Below are positions 17,046-26,582 of a stretch of 64,000 nt of DNA, one piece after another. Under the pieces are notes generated by a model that made no database searches, was not told where the DNA came from, and saw nothing but the letters and a program-made list of their open reading frames with translations. The position numbers and the translations under genes are program-made. Within the stretch, counting starts at the first letter, position 1. Each line of letters starts with the position of its first letter. Source of the stretch: an uncultured Bacteroides sp. (GTDB lineage: Bacteria; Bacteroidota; Bacteroidia; Bacteroidales; Bacteroidaceae); the NCBI RefSeq assembly GCF_910585845.1, contig NZ_CAJUHF010000001.1, forward strand, positions 15,879-79,878. Direction: 5' to 3'.

Positions 17046-17190
17046 TTTATGCAGTCGAATTTATTTGTTTGTGCAATTACCACTTACCTGTTTGTGCAAT
17101 TACCACTTACCTGTTTGTGCAATTACCACTTACCTGTTTGTGCAATTGCACTTATCTGTTTATGCAATTGCCCTTATCTGTTTATGCTGC
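17046..17190. repeat. Tandem repeat, about 6.5 copies of a 22-23-nt unit (TTTGTGCAATTACCACTTACCTG)
   Basis: Three identical 23-mers at 17068, 17091 and 17114, then diverged 22-mers at 17137 and 17159 and degenerate flanking copies. The array lies in the convergent typA/nitroreductase spacer. Confidence 0.85.
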
Positions 17191-17208
17191 TCAAGCCTTT
17201 TGCCTTTT

Positions 17209-17856
17209 TTAGTCGATGAATCTGATCTTCTCCGCGTTTCTGGGTTTGGCTTTCGGTGTTTCGTCGGGATAACCGAAGGCGATGCAGTACAGCAGTTCAT
17301 ATCCTTCGGGGATGTCCAGTTTCTTCAGATACTCGGCGGCTTCGGGAGTGGATGTCATGAAACGTGCCGAACTGCCCAGACAGCAAGAACCTATCCCCAT
17401 GGACCAGGCGGCAAGAATCATGTTCTCGCCCAGCAGTCCGCAGTCTATTTGCGACATGTCATAGGATTTGTCGTTGGCAATGAATACTACTGTGGGGGCA
17501 TTGCGGAACATGTTCCGGAAGTTCGGATCTTCCGCTGCTTTGGGGTTCTGCTTTTTGAAAACTTCGGTGATGCCGTTGATAAATTCCGGATTGTCCACCA
17601 CGCGTATCTCCCACGACTGTTTGTTCTGTCCGTTAGGGGCATTGATGCCGCAGTTCAAGATTACTTGCATGGTGTCTCGGCCTACGGGCTGCGGTTTGTA
17701 CTTACGGATGCTGCGTCGTGACATCATGTTTTCGACGATTGTGTTTCCTTTGTTTTCCTTTATACTTGTAGTTTCATTCTCTTTCTGCATTTGCGTACCG
17801 CATCCGCAGAACAGCAACAGGCTGATGCCCGCCAACATCAATTTGATATTCTTCAT
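17209..17856 (-). CDS. Nitroreductase family protein with lipoprotein-type signal peptide
   Basis: 215 aa. MKNIKLMLAGISLLLFCGCG, then RRSIRKYKPQPV...INAPNGQNKQSWEIRVV...APTVVFIAND, typical of nitroreductases. Confidence 0.8.
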   Translation of the reverse strand: MKNIKLMLAGISLLLFCGCGTQMQKENETTSIKENKGNTIVENMMSRRSIRKYKPQPVGRDTMQVILNCGINAPNGQNKQSWEIRVVDNPEFINGITEVFKKQNPKAAEDPNFRNMFRNAPTVVFIANDKSYDMSQIDCGLLGENMILAAWSMGIGSCCLGSSARFMTSTPEAAEYLKKLDIPEGYELLYCIAFGYPDETPKAKPRNAEKIRFID

Positions 17857-18010
17857 ATTGCTTTATTTAATATTGATTTCTGCAAAGCTAACAAAAAAAG
17901 TATAATTGCGAGGTGGTTACTTATGAAAAAACATATACTTTAAAAACAAAAGGTGATCTCCACATTCGGAGACCACCTTTCTTATATTAGATAAATCTGT
18001 CAGTTTCAGA

Positions 18011-19618
18011 TTAGAGCTTCGGACCAGCAGCAACCAGTGCTTTACCAGCTTCGTTGCCAGTGAACTTAGCGAAGTTCTTGATGAAGCGACCAGCCAAGTC
18101 TTTAGCTTTCTCTTCCCACTTGCAAGCACATTCGTAAGTGTCGCGCGGGTCGAGGATCTTCGGATCAACACCCGGCAACTCTGTCGGAACTACGAAGTCG
18201 AAGAAAGGAATAACCTTCGTCGGAGCCTTGTCGATAGAACCGTCGAGGATGGCGTCGATGATACCACGAGTGTCGCGGATAGAGATACGCTTGCCAGTAC
18301 CGTTCCAGCCAGTGTTAACCAAGTATGCCTTAGCACCTACTTTTTCCATCTTCTTAACCAGCTCTTCTGCATATTTCGTAGGATGCAAGCTCAAGAAAGC
18401 AGCACCGAAGCAAGCAGAGAATGTCGGAGTCGGTTCAGTGATACCACGTTCTGTACCAGCCAACTTAGCAGTGAAACCTGACAGGAAGTAGTATTGAGCC
18501 TGATCCGGGTTCAGGATAGATACCGGAGGCAATACACCGAAGGCGTCAGCAGACAGGAAGATTACCTGATGTGCGTGAGGACCTTTTGACAACGGCTTAA
18601 CGATGTTGTTGATATGATAGATAGGATAAGAAACACGAGTGTTTTCTGTTACGCTCTTGTCTGCGAAGTCGATCTTGCCTTCTGCGTCAACAGTAACGTT
18701 TTCCAGCAGGGCGTCGCGCTTGATGGCGTTGTAGATATCGGGTTCGCTTTCTTTGTCCAGGTTGATAACCTTGGCATAGCAACCGCCTTCGTAGTTGAAT
18801 ACGCCTTCGTCGTCCCATCCGTGTTCGTCGTCACCGATCAGCAGACGTTTCGGGTCGGTAGAGAGCGTAGTCTTACCTGTACCGGACAGACCGAAGAAGA
18901 TAGCAGAATCTGTACCTTCCATGTTTGTATTGGCAGAGCAGTGCATAGAAGCGATGCCGCGGAGCGGGTTCAGGTAGTTCATGATAGAGAAGATACCCTT
19001 CTTCATTTCACCGCCATACCAAGTGTTCAGGATAACCTGTTCTTTGGTCTTCAGGTTGAATACAGTAGCTGTCTCAGAGTTCAAGCCCAGTTCTTTGTAG
19101 TTGTCAACCTTAGCTTTAGCAGCGTTGAATGATACGAAATCGGGTTCTCCGTAGTTAGCCAGTTCTTCAGCAGTGGGGCGGATGAACATGTTGGTTACGA
19201 AGTGTGCTTGCCAAGCTACTTCCATGATGAAACGTACTTTCAGGCGGGTAGCTTCATTGGCACCGCAGAATGTATCGATAACGAACAGACGCTTGCCGCT
19301 CAATTCGTTTACTGCTTTAGCTTTCAAGTCAGCCCAAGCTTCTTCCGAGCAAGGCTTGTTGTCGTTCTTATACTCGTCAGAAGTCCACCATACAGTGTCT
19401 TTGCTGGCTTCATTCAATACGAAGAATTTATCTTTGGGAGAACGTCCTGTGTAGATACCAGTCATTACGTTTACTGTACCCAGTTCGGTTACTTGACCTT
19501 TTTCATAACCTTCCAGATCAGCTTTGGTTTCTTCAGCGAACAATACATCATAAGACGGGTTGTGAAGAATTTCCTTCACGTCTTTGATACCGTACTTGCT
19601 TAAATCTAAATTTGCCAT
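18011..19618 (-). CDS. pckA: Phosphoenolpyruvate carboxykinase (ATP)
   Basis: 535 aa, with [22 protein letters not shown] and IGDDEHGW motifs characteristic of ATP-dependent PckA. Confidence 0.95.
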   Translation of the reverse strand: MANLDLSKYGIKDVKEILHNPSYDVLFAEETKADLEGYEKGQVTELGTVNVMTGIYTGRSPKDKFFVLNEASKDTVWWTSDEYKNDNKPCSEEAWADLKAKAVNELSGKRLFVIDTFCGANEATRLKVRFIMEVAWQAHFVTNMFIRPTAEELANYGEPDFVSFNAAKAKVDNYKELGLNSETATVFNLKTKEQVILNTWYGGEMKKGIFSIMNYLNPLRGIASMHCSANTNMEGTDSAIFFGLSGTGKTTLSTDPKRLLIGDDEHGWDDEGVFNYEGGCYAKVINLDKESEPDIYNAIKRDALLENVTVDAEGKIDFADKSVTENTRVSYPIYHINNIVKPLSKGPHAHQVIFLSADAFGVLPPVSILNPDQAQYYFLSGFTAKLAGTERGITEPTPTFSACFGAAFLSLHPTKYAEELVKKMEKVGAKAYLVNTGWNGTGKRISIRDTRGIIDAILDGSIDKAPTKVIPFFDFVVPTELPGVDPKILDPRDTYECACKWEEKAKDLAGRFIKNFAKFTGNEAGKALVAAGPKL

Positions 19619-20009
19619 TTCTTTTAATGAATTAAAATTTTGGTATTTGGTTTACTAATCTCTTTCCTTTAAAAATGTCTTTAATACCTTTGAGGCAAGG
19701 GGCCGGATTGCAGTAAATCAGCTCATTTTCGGTAAGTCCCTTGTCTTTCGCCTACAAAAGTAATACTTTCTTTTTAAAGAGATGTGCTATTAGAGAAATT
19801 TTTCCCTAATGGGAATTCTTTTATAACTCAATAACAATATCTGCAAACTGAATGTTGCAAATTGCACGGGAATTTGTTTACTTTGCGTATAATTATGATT
19901 TTATGATTAATGTCGGTAGGGCGGACTGGAGTTTCCATTTCTGATGTGTCCCGGTTAAGGAGAAAGTGAACCAATCATCCCGCAGAGGGATAAATAATAA
20001 CCAGATAAA

Positions 20010-20669
20010 ATGAAGATAGTGAATTTTGCCGAGACTGACTCTGTCCTCAATCAGTATGTGGCTGAAATAAGGGATGTGCAGGTGCAGGGCGATCGCCTCC
20101 GGTTCCGCAGGAACATAGAGCGTATCGGAGAGATTATGGCGTATGAGATGAGTAAAGAGCTGGCGTACTCCGTCAAGCAGGTACAGACTCCGTTGGGTGT
20201 GGCGCAAGCCCGTACGCCCGATGATGACGTGGTAGTGGCTACCGTGTTCCGTGCCGGATTGCCGCTGCATCAGGGATTTCTTAATGTGTTCGACCGTGCC
20301 GGGAATGCGTTTGTTTCGGCATACCGTTATTATAAGGATAAGGAATGTCGCACATTGGATGTGCACATTGAATATATCGCCGCTCCCGACCTGTCGCAGA
20401 AGACGCTGATGATCGTAGACCCTATGCTTGCCACGGGTGAGAGTATGGAGCTGGCCTACAAGGCTTTCTTGACGAAAGGTCGTCCGGCACGGCTGATGAT
20501 TGCTTGCGTCATTGCTAGCCGTCAGGGCGTGGAGCATTTGCAACGCCTGTTTCCGGATGACGATGTCACGTTGTGGTGCGCCGCCATCGACCCTGTGCTG
20601 AACGAGCGTTCGTACATTGTGCCCGGTCTGGGCGATGCCGGCGACTTGGCATACGGGGGCAAGTTGTGA
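20010..20669 (+). CDS. upp: Uracil phosphoribosyltransferase
   Basis: 219 aa. Has a PRPP-binding loop (LMIVDPMLATGESM) and the C-terminal YIVPGLGDAGDLAYG typical of Upp. Confidence 0.9.
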   Translation: MKIVNFAETDSVLNQYVAEIRDVQVQGDRLRFRRNIERIGEIMAYEMSKELAYSVKQVQTPLGVAQARTPDDDVVVATVFRAGLPLHQGFLNVFDRAGNAFVSAYRYYKDKECRTLDVHIEYIAAPDLSQKTLMIVDPMLATGESMELAYKAFLTKGRPARLMIACVIASRQGVEHLQRLFPDDDVTLWCAAIDPVLNERSYIVPGLGDAGDLAYGGKL

Positions 20670-20679
20670 GGCTTGCCCG

Positions 20680-21132
20680 TCAGTCGTTGATTACTCCCTG
20701 AATCTCTTCCAGGGTGAGTTGTCCGTTGAGCAGGATGATGGTGAATTCGTCCTGCTCATCGATCAGTAACACGTATTCGTTCTCCTTGCTTCCTTCTTTG
20801 ACGTAGATGGTGACGCGTTCGCCCTCTTCTCTGACGCGTATCAGTTCTTCGTAGCCGTTTTCGGGTTTGATGTGGGCGGTTTCCTTGCGTAATTCGTCTG
20901 CTACGGATTTATTTTCGCATGTGAGGATTTGCATGCTGTTTATTTTGCCGGCTACGTTGGCAAGGTTGATGTTTCCGCTATCGATATTTTTCATCATGCC
21001 AAACATCCTTTTGGAGATGTAGACGGAGGTGACGCCTTTGCGGTCAGCAAACTTCTCGAAGAAGCTCTCTTGTGCGTGTAATCCTGCGCATGCCAGCAGG
21101 ACGAATATCCATGTGATAAATACTTTTTTCAT
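20680..21132 (-). CDS. DUF4252 domain protein (secreted)
   Basis: 150 aa with a signal peptide. Carries the FADRKGVTSVYISKRMFGMM motif recalled for DUF4252. It is the last gene of an ECF sigma operon. Confidence 0.7.
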   Translation of the reverse strand: MKKVFITWIFVLLACAGLHAQESFFEKFADRKGVTSVYISKRMFGMMKNIDSGNINLANVAGKINSMQILTCENKSVADELRKETAHIKPENGYEELIRVREEGERVTIYVKEGSKENEYVLLIDEQDEFTIILLNGQLTLEEIQGVIND

Positions 21133-21134
21133 AA

Positions 21135-21704
21135 TCAGTTTCTCTTTTTGATGTTATTATTTATGGTTTCGGGGGTGTCGGTAAGGGCGTTGCAGCATTT
21201 CTCCAACTGTTCCCTTATCCGTTGCGTGCGGCTTTCGGCCTTTGCCACGTGGCTTTGTCCCTTGTTCAGGGTGGCAGCGAATAGTTGCAGGGCACGTTCG
21301 GCTTCTGCATACGCCAGTTGCGGGTTATCGAAGGTGTCGCGCGGTTGGTCGTTGGCTTGCTGTACGTAGAGTCCGGCACCGGCGGCTATGAGCAGTGCGG
21401 CAGCTATACCTGCATACCATCTCACGATGCGGGCTTTCGGCTTGTGCAGTGTCAGGCGCGGTTGTTGCGTGTCGTCCGTTTCCCATTGGCGGATACTGTC
21501 CGAGAGGCGCTCTTCCAGTCCTGCGGGCAGAGTGGCTTCCTGTTGTGACAAGGAGGAAAGAAAGAGAAAGGTTTCGCGGTCGGCTTTCAGCTCTTCCGGT
21601 ATGTCGTCTTGCTGGAAGAGGCTTTTCAGTGCCCGTTCTTCCGGCAGGGTGGTTTCGCCTCGATAGTAGCGTTCCAGTAATTCTTTTGCTTTTTCTGTCT
21701 TCAT
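21135..21704 (-). CDS. Membrane-anchored putative anti-sigma factor
   Basis: 189 aa with a central TM helix (WYAGIAAALLIAAGAGLYV). It lies directly downstream of the ECF sigma gene with a 4-nt gap. Confidence 0.5.
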   Translation of the reverse strand: MKTEKAKELLERYYRGETTLPEERALKSLFQQDDIPEELKADRETFLFLSSLSQQEATLPAGLEERLSDSIRQWETDDTQQPRLTLHKPKARIVRWYAGIAAALLIAAGAGLYVQQANDQPRDTFDNPQLAYAEAERALQLFAATLNKGQSHVAKAESRTQRIREQLEKCCNALTDTPETINNNIKKRN

Positions 21705-21708
21705 TATC

Positions 21709-22215
21709 TTATTCCTTTCCGATTATACGGTTGAATTGTTCTTTGATTCTTTTGCGTGCTCTGGAGAGGGTTACGCGTATATTGATGGCGTTCATCCCCG
21801 TGGCTTGTTCTATCTCTTCGAACGAACATTCGTTGACGTCACGTAACCACAACACTTTGCGTTGTTGTAGGGGCAGGCTGGCGATGAGTGCTTTGAGTTG
21901 CGCCTGTTCGTCACGTCTCTCCAGTTGTAGCTCCGGATTGTCGGTTCCGCCGAGGTCGATGTGTTCGGGCAGCGGTTCTTCCGACTGGTAACGTTTGGTT
22001 TGCATCAGGTTGAAGCAGAGGTTACGCACGATTGCCACGCAGTAGGCGGCGGCATTGGAGCGGATATCCAGTTCGTTGCGCTTGTTCCATAGCTTCAGAT
22101 ATGCTTCCTGCACGATGTCTTCGGCATCCTGGGCATTTTCCAACAAGGCGTATGCAGCTCGATATAGGCGTGCATGCATGGGCAGAAATGCCTGTCTGAA
22201 TTCGTCGGCATTCAT
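21709..22215 (-). CDS. RNA polymerase ECF-type sigma-70 factor
   Basis: 168 aa. Region 2 (DAEDIVQEAYLKLW) and region 4 HTH (CSFEEIEQATGMNAINIRVTLSRARKRIKE) are both recognisable. Confidence 0.85.
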   Translation of the reverse strand: MNADEFRQAFLPMHARLYRAAYALLENAQDAEDIVQEAYLKLWNKRNELDIRSNAAAYCVAIVRNLCFNLMQTKRYQSEEPLPEHIDLGGTDNPELQLERRDEQAQLKALIASLPLQQRKVLWLRDVNECSFEEIEQATGMNAINIRVTLSRARKRIKEQFNRIIGKE

Positions 22216-22703
22216 TCTTTCCGTTGGTTTTCCGCTTGTTTCACCAGTGCATCAATGTCGCTCTCCTTAAAATTGCCTTTGAACTGTATGAGTGCGCAGT
22301 CCTCGGAACCACTGCATACGATGAGCATCTCTTTGATGATCTCTTTCTCTTCTCTGACCAGTATCTTCACCTTGTCGTCTCCATCGCTGACGCGTATCAG
22401 GGTTTCGTATTGGTCTTCGTTGAGAGCGTTGATGCGTTTCATGAAATTCTGTTTCACGCTGTTACTGCATCTTTCCAAATCGAGTACCTTCATCGAATGG
22501 ATGCTGTTTATCAGGCGTCTTGTTTCGGTGTCCTCTTCATCTTTGTCCACAAACATCAGTCCCAGTCTCATCAGGAAACGTGGGATGGAAACATATTCAG
22601 CGTTTCTTGCCTCTTTAAATTCGTTGAACACTTGTTTGGCGTCGATAGCCCAGGTCGTTTGTACTGCAACGAGCAACAGGCATATTGCTATAATCTTTTT
22701 CAT
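22212..22703 (-). CDS. DUF4252 domain protein (secreted)
   Basis: Track ORF 22212-22754. I prefer the ATG at 22703 (MKKIIAICLLLVAVQTTWA signal peptide). Overlaps the sigma gene start by 4 nt. Confidence 0.65.
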   Translation of the reverse strand: MKKIIAICLLLVAVQTTWAIDAKQVFNEFKEARNAEYVSIPRFLMRLGLMFVDKDEEDTETRRLINSIHSMKVLDLERCSNSVKQNFMKRINALNEDQYETLIRVSDGDDKVKILVREEKEIIKEMLIVCSGSEDCALIQFKGNFKESDIDALVKQAENQRKE

Positions 22704-23021
22704 GTTTTCTGTCAGTTTAACTTGAGTTGTTTTTAATCTGTTTTCGATGCGCATTCTACAAGGTAGACAAGGTGAGGCGGATTATTGTTACATGGTGTGC
22801 ACAAAAAAGAGAGAAAAGTTTCGGCTGTGGCAGTTGTTTGTTCCAGATGTAGCGGTTGTTTACAAGAAGGAGGTGCATCAAAACACGCCACAGATTACTC
22901 AGATTGACACGGATCTCTTTTGAAAAGCTTGATTATCAAGTAGGATAATCCGTGCTAATCCGGGTAATCTGTGGTGAAAATTAGTTTTGATACACCTCCC
23001 TAAGCAGGGGAAGTTGTTGGT

Positions 23022-24026
23022 TTATTTCACTTCCCAGATGTCGTTCGTCATCAGTAACTCCTTGAAGTTGTGGTACTTCTTCTTTGCCGATACTTCTTCT
23101 ATCTGTTCTTCGACGGCATCGTTGTAGGTCGGGGCATCCACGTCGCGAATCACACCCAGGGCAACCGGGAAGTCAGGACCTTCCATCAAGGCAAGCTTCA
23201 GTTGCAGGGTGTTGTCCATGCAGTGTGCATCATGTACGAGGATATCTTTTTCGCTGATACCGTTCTCTCCCAGTTTCACCACTTTCAGTCCGAAACCTTC
23301 CTGCATCAGTCCGAATTCTTTGTTCTCGCCGAAGAGCATCGGTTTGCCGTGTTCCAAATAGATGGCGTTCTTGGCACGTCCGTCCTTGGTATAAACAGCT
23401 TCATGCGTACCGTCATTGAAGATGACGCAGTGTTGCAGGATCTCGCATACAGCGGCACCTTTATGCTTGGCGGCTGCTTTCAGGATTTCCACTGTTCCGG
23501 GACCGTCCGTAGCCACGCAACGGGCAAAGAAACGACCGCGGGCGCCAAAGCAGAGTTCGGCAGGACGGAAGGGATCTTCCACTGTACCGTAAGGGGAAGA
23601 TTTGCTTACGAATCCACGGGGGGAGGTTGGGGAATATTGTCCTTTGGTCAGACCGTAGATACGGTTGTTCAGCAACAGGATATTAATGTCTATGTTACGT
23701 CGGATGGCATGGATGAAGTGGTTACCACCGATGGCAAGTCCGTCACCGTCACCGGATACCTGCCATACGCTCAGTGCCGGATTGGCAACCTTACATCCGG
23801 TAGAGATGGCGGCAGCACGTCCGTGGATGGTCTGCATCGCGTAGGTATTCATGTAGTAGGGCAAGCGGCTGGAGCAGCCGATACCTGAGATGACGGCAGT
23901 TTCCCAAGGCTTAACACTGATTTCTGCCAATGCTTTGTGCAGTGAGTTCAGGAAGAAGTGGTCACCGCAACCCGGACACCAACGTGGCTGTCCTTTTTTG
24001 AAGTCTTTTGCTGTATATTCGTTCAT
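23022..24026 (-). CDS. korB: 2-oxoacid:ferredoxin oxidoreductase, beta (TPP-binding) subunit
   Basis: 334 aa. Carries WCPGCGDH, GIGCSSR and GDGDGLAIGGNHF motifs typical of KorB-type subunits. Substrate (2-oxoglutarate) is inferred only by family. Confidence 0.85.
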   Translation of the reverse strand: MNEYTAKDFKKGQPRWCPGCGDHFFLNSLHKALAEISVKPWETAVISGIGCSSRLPYYMNTYAMQTIHGRAAAISTGCKVANPALSVWQVSGDGDGLAIGGNHFIHAIRRNIDINILLLNNRIYGLTKGQYSPTSPRGFVSKSSPYGTVEDPFRPAELCFGARGRFFARCVATDGPGTVEILKAAAKHKGAAVCEILQHCVIFNDGTHEAVYTKDGRAKNAIYLEHGKPMLFGENKEFGLMQEGFGLKVVKLGENGISEKDILVHDAHCMDNTLQLKLALMEGPDFPVALGVIRDVDAPTYNDAVEEQIEEVSAKKKYHNFKELLMTNDIWEVK

Positions 24027-24123
24027 AATATTCTTTTTTTAAAGTGGAAGATTGAAGTTGGAAGACTGAAAATTACAGAGTGGAAGTCTTTATTCATCCC
24101 TCTTTATTTTCAATTTTCACCTT

Positions 24124-25971
24124 TTAGTTTTCCATTATTTTACTGAAGGCTTCCACCAGTTCGCTCACCACGAACGGCTGTCCTTTTACTTCATTGAATT
24201 GGTAGGGTGCGAAATTGTCCACTTTCATGCGGAGATATCCGGCAAACTGTCCTAAGTTCTGTTCGGCAACTACCACTTTCTTATATCTCTTCAGTACTTC
24301 GGCTGTATTCTTCGGCAGCGGGTTGATGTAGGAGAAGTGTGCCAAAGCAGTTTTCTTTCCAGCTTTGTTCAGCTCATCCATTGCAGAATACAAGTGTCCG
24401 TATGTTCCTCCGAAACCGACAATCAGCAGGTCTGCATCGTCTGCACAACCTTGCACTTCTACATCGGGAACAGTGATTCGTTCTACCTTCTCTGCACGCA
24501 GACGGCACATCAAGTCATGGTTTTCGGGATCGGTGGAGATGGAGCCTGTGTTGCTGTCCTTTTCCAGACCGCCGAGGATGTGAGTATATCCTTCCTGTCC
24601 CGGGATGGCCCAGTAACGTGCCTGGTTTTCCGGATTACGCTTATAGGGGGTATAATTGTCTTTCATTTCCGGAGTTACGTACTGCGGTTTGATGTCGGGA
24701 TAGCTATCCAGATCGGGCAGACGCCATGCACCGGAGCCGTTGGCCACGAAAGCATCTGTGAGCAGCACTACCGGGGTCATGTGTTCCAATGCCATCTTAC
24801 ATGCTGCGTAGGCTGCATCGAAGCAGTTGGTGGGCGATGTAGCTGCAATCACCGGCATGGGGCTTTCGCCATTACGTCCGAAGAGAACTTGCAACAGGTC
24901 GGTTTGTTCCGACTTGGTGGGCAGACCGGTAGACGGACCACCACGCTGTACGTCGAGCACTACTAACGGCAGCTCGGTGATGACTGCCAGGTTCATAGCT
25001 TCTGATTTCAGGCAGATACCCGGACCGGAAGTCGTGGTAATGGCCAGTGCGCCGCCAAAAGAAGCGCCTACAGCAGTGGCACAGCCGGAAATTTCGTCTT
25101 CGCACTGTACGGTGACTACACCCAGTGATTTATGTTTGGCAAGTTCGTGCAATACGTCGGTAGCGGGAGTGATAGGGTAAGAACCCAAGAACAGTTTCAG
25201 TCCGGCTTTCTCGGCAGCGGCAATGAAACCGTAGGCTGTAGCCTTGTTACCCATGATGTCCATGTAGAGACCGGGAGTCTTGGTCTTGCTCTCTATCTTA
25301 TAGGTATGTGCCACGGAGGCGTGTGTATTATGTCCGTAGTCGTATCCGGCATGTATCACTTTGATGTTGGCTTCCGCTATGCCCGGTTTGCGGGCGAATT
25401 TCTCTTTCAGGAAGTCTTCGGCGATTTTCAGGTCGCGATTGAACAGCCAGCACACCAAACCGAGAGCGAACATGTTGCGGCATTTCAGCATCGATTTGTT
25501 ATCCATGCCCGTATCGGCAAGGCAGTCTTTCACCATCTGCGAGATGGGAGCTGCGATGACGTCCTGCTTGATGCCCATTTCCTCGATGGGATTGTCGGTT
25601 TTGAAAGCAGCTTTCTGGAGGTCGGAAGCCTGGAAGCAGTCCGTGTCGATGATGATGCACGCGGTAGATTTAGCAAACTTATATTGTGTTTTCAACGCGG
25701 CGGCATTCATTGCCACCAGTACGTCGCACTGGTCGCCCGGGGTGAATACCTTGCCGGCGCCGATGTGTACCTGAAAGCCCGATACGCCGGTCAGAGAACC
25801 TTGCGGGGCACGGATGTCTGCCGGATAGTCGGGGAAGGTACTGATGTCGTTTCCCACCGTAGCCGATACTGTTGAGAAGATGTTGCCGGCGAGCTGCATA
25901 CCGTCGCCGGAGTCACCGGAGAAGCGGACTACCACTTGATCCAGTTCTTTTACCATCATGTCGTTTGCCAT
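24124..25971 (-). CDS. korA: 2-oxoacid:ferredoxin oxidoreductase, alpha subunit
   Basis: 615 aa. RFSGDSGDGMQLAG at the N-terminus and a pyruvate-flavodoxin oxidoreductase-like core, immediately upstream of the beta subunit. Confidence 0.85.
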   Translation of the reverse strand: MANDMMVKELDQVVVRFSGDSGDGMQLAGNIFSTVSATVGNDISTFPDYPADIRAPQGSLTGVSGFQVHIGAGKVFTPGDQCDVLVAMNAAALKTQYKFAKSTACIIIDTDCFQASDLQKAAFKTDNPIEEMGIKQDVIAAPISQMVKDCLADTGMDNKSMLKCRNMFALGLVCWLFNRDLKIAEDFLKEKFARKPGIAEANIKVIHAGYDYGHNTHASVAHTYKIESKTKTPGLYMDIMGNKATAYGFIAAAEKAGLKLFLGSYPITPATDVLHELAKHKSLGVVTVQCEDEISGCATAVGASFGGALAITTTSGPGICLKSEAMNLAVITELPLVVLDVQRGGPSTGLPTKSEQTDLLQVLFGRNGESPMPVIAATSPTNCFDAAYAACKMALEHMTPVVLLTDAFVANGSGAWRLPDLDSYPDIKPQYVTPEMKDNYTPYKRNPENQARYWAIPGQEGYTHILGGLEKDSNTGSISTDPENHDLMCRLRAEKVERITVPDVEVQGCADDADLLIVGFGGTYGHLYSAMDELNKAGKKTALAHFSYINPLPKNTAEVLKRYKKVVVAEQNLGQFAGYLRMKVDNFAPYQFNEVKGQPFVVSELVEAFSKIMEN

Positions 25972-26242
25972 AATTCTGTATTACTATGATTAATTTATAG
26001 GATCTTTTTTAGGTAATGTTCCTATGAAATTGGAACATACCTTAAACTGTGCATTTTCAGAGATGCACTTGCAAATGTCGCAAAGTTATGTGAATTAGCA
26101 AAATCTTTTAGAGGTAATCTGTATCTATATGATAGAAGAAAGTGGGAAAAATAGGCGTATTTGCCAACCACTATCTAACAATTGGATTCATAATCTTCTT
26201 GATAAAATATTCGTTCCGCCTTGTTAAATCGGAAGAATGCCT

Positions 26243-26250
26243 TATCTTTG
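26243..26250 (+). promoter_or_regulatory. Candidate -7 box TATCTTTG in front of the truncated tRNA copy
   Basis: Matches TAnnTTTG and lies 26 nt upstream of 26276. Confidence 0.5.
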
Positions 26251-26275
26251 CAACCACAAATCAGATTTTGCTGGA

Positions 26276-26314
26276 GGTCCTGTAGTTCAACGGATAGAAT
26301 AGAAGTTTCCTAAA
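26276..26314 (+). pseudogene. 5' half of a tRNA-Arg(CCT)-like gene (acceptor 5' strand through anticodon loop), truncated after the loop
   Basis: GGTCCTGTAGTTCAACGGATAGAATAGAAGTTTCCTAAA aligns base-for-base with 26404-26442, with about 6 mismatches. Similarity stops right after the anticodon loop, and no 3' half follows. Confidence 0.7.
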
Positions 26315-26403
26315 CGTATGTTCTTCCAAACAATGGCAAAGGTAGTAAAATTTAGATTTATAGTAAATAAGAAAAGGAAGTTATAACGATAATTATTACA
26401 TAA

Positions 26404-26475
26404 GGCTCTGTAGTTCAACGGATAGAACAAGAATTTCCTAAATTTTAGATAGGGGTTCGATTCCCCTCGGAGCTA
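26404..26475 (+). tRNA. tRNA-Arg (anticodon CCT)
   Basis: Cloverleaf folded by hand: acceptor GGCTCTG/CGGAGCT (two G.U pairs), D arm GTTC-AACGGATA-GAAC, anticodon arm AGAAT-TTCCTAA-ATTTT (CCT at 26437-26439), T arm AGGGG-TTCGATT-CCCCT. No CCA is encoded. Confidence 0.8.
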
Positions 26476-26481
26476 CTTTTC

Positions 26482-26517
26482 AAGTCCATTCCATTACGGG
26501 GTGGACTTCTTTTTTTA
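26482..26517 (+). terminator. Rho-independent terminator after the tRNA
   Basis: AAGTCCA-N13-TGGACTT followed by CTTTTTTTT. Confidence 0.6.
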
Positions 26518-26582
26518 CAGCATTTACAGCAAAAAATAGGTATATTTGCGGATAAAAGTTCTACTATAGTTCTACAAAGATT

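Noticed and set aside
17046-17190. Possible CRISPR array
   Set aside because: The units are directly abutting with no spacers, so this is a plain tandem repeat.
16996-17721. 241-aa plus ORF
   Set aside because: It starts at GTG inside the 23-nt tandem repeat and continues antisense through the nitroreductase gene.
19893-20543. 216-aa minus ORF
   Set aside because: It lies antisense to upp, which has a clear PRPP loop and Upp C-terminus.
21148-22736. Several 70-198-aa plus ORFs across the ECF sigma operon
   Set aside because: They are shadow frames of the four well-supported minus-strand genes.
23070-25875. 272-, 209- and 247-aa plus ORFs
   Set aside because: They lie antisense to the oxidoreductase alpha and beta subunit genes.
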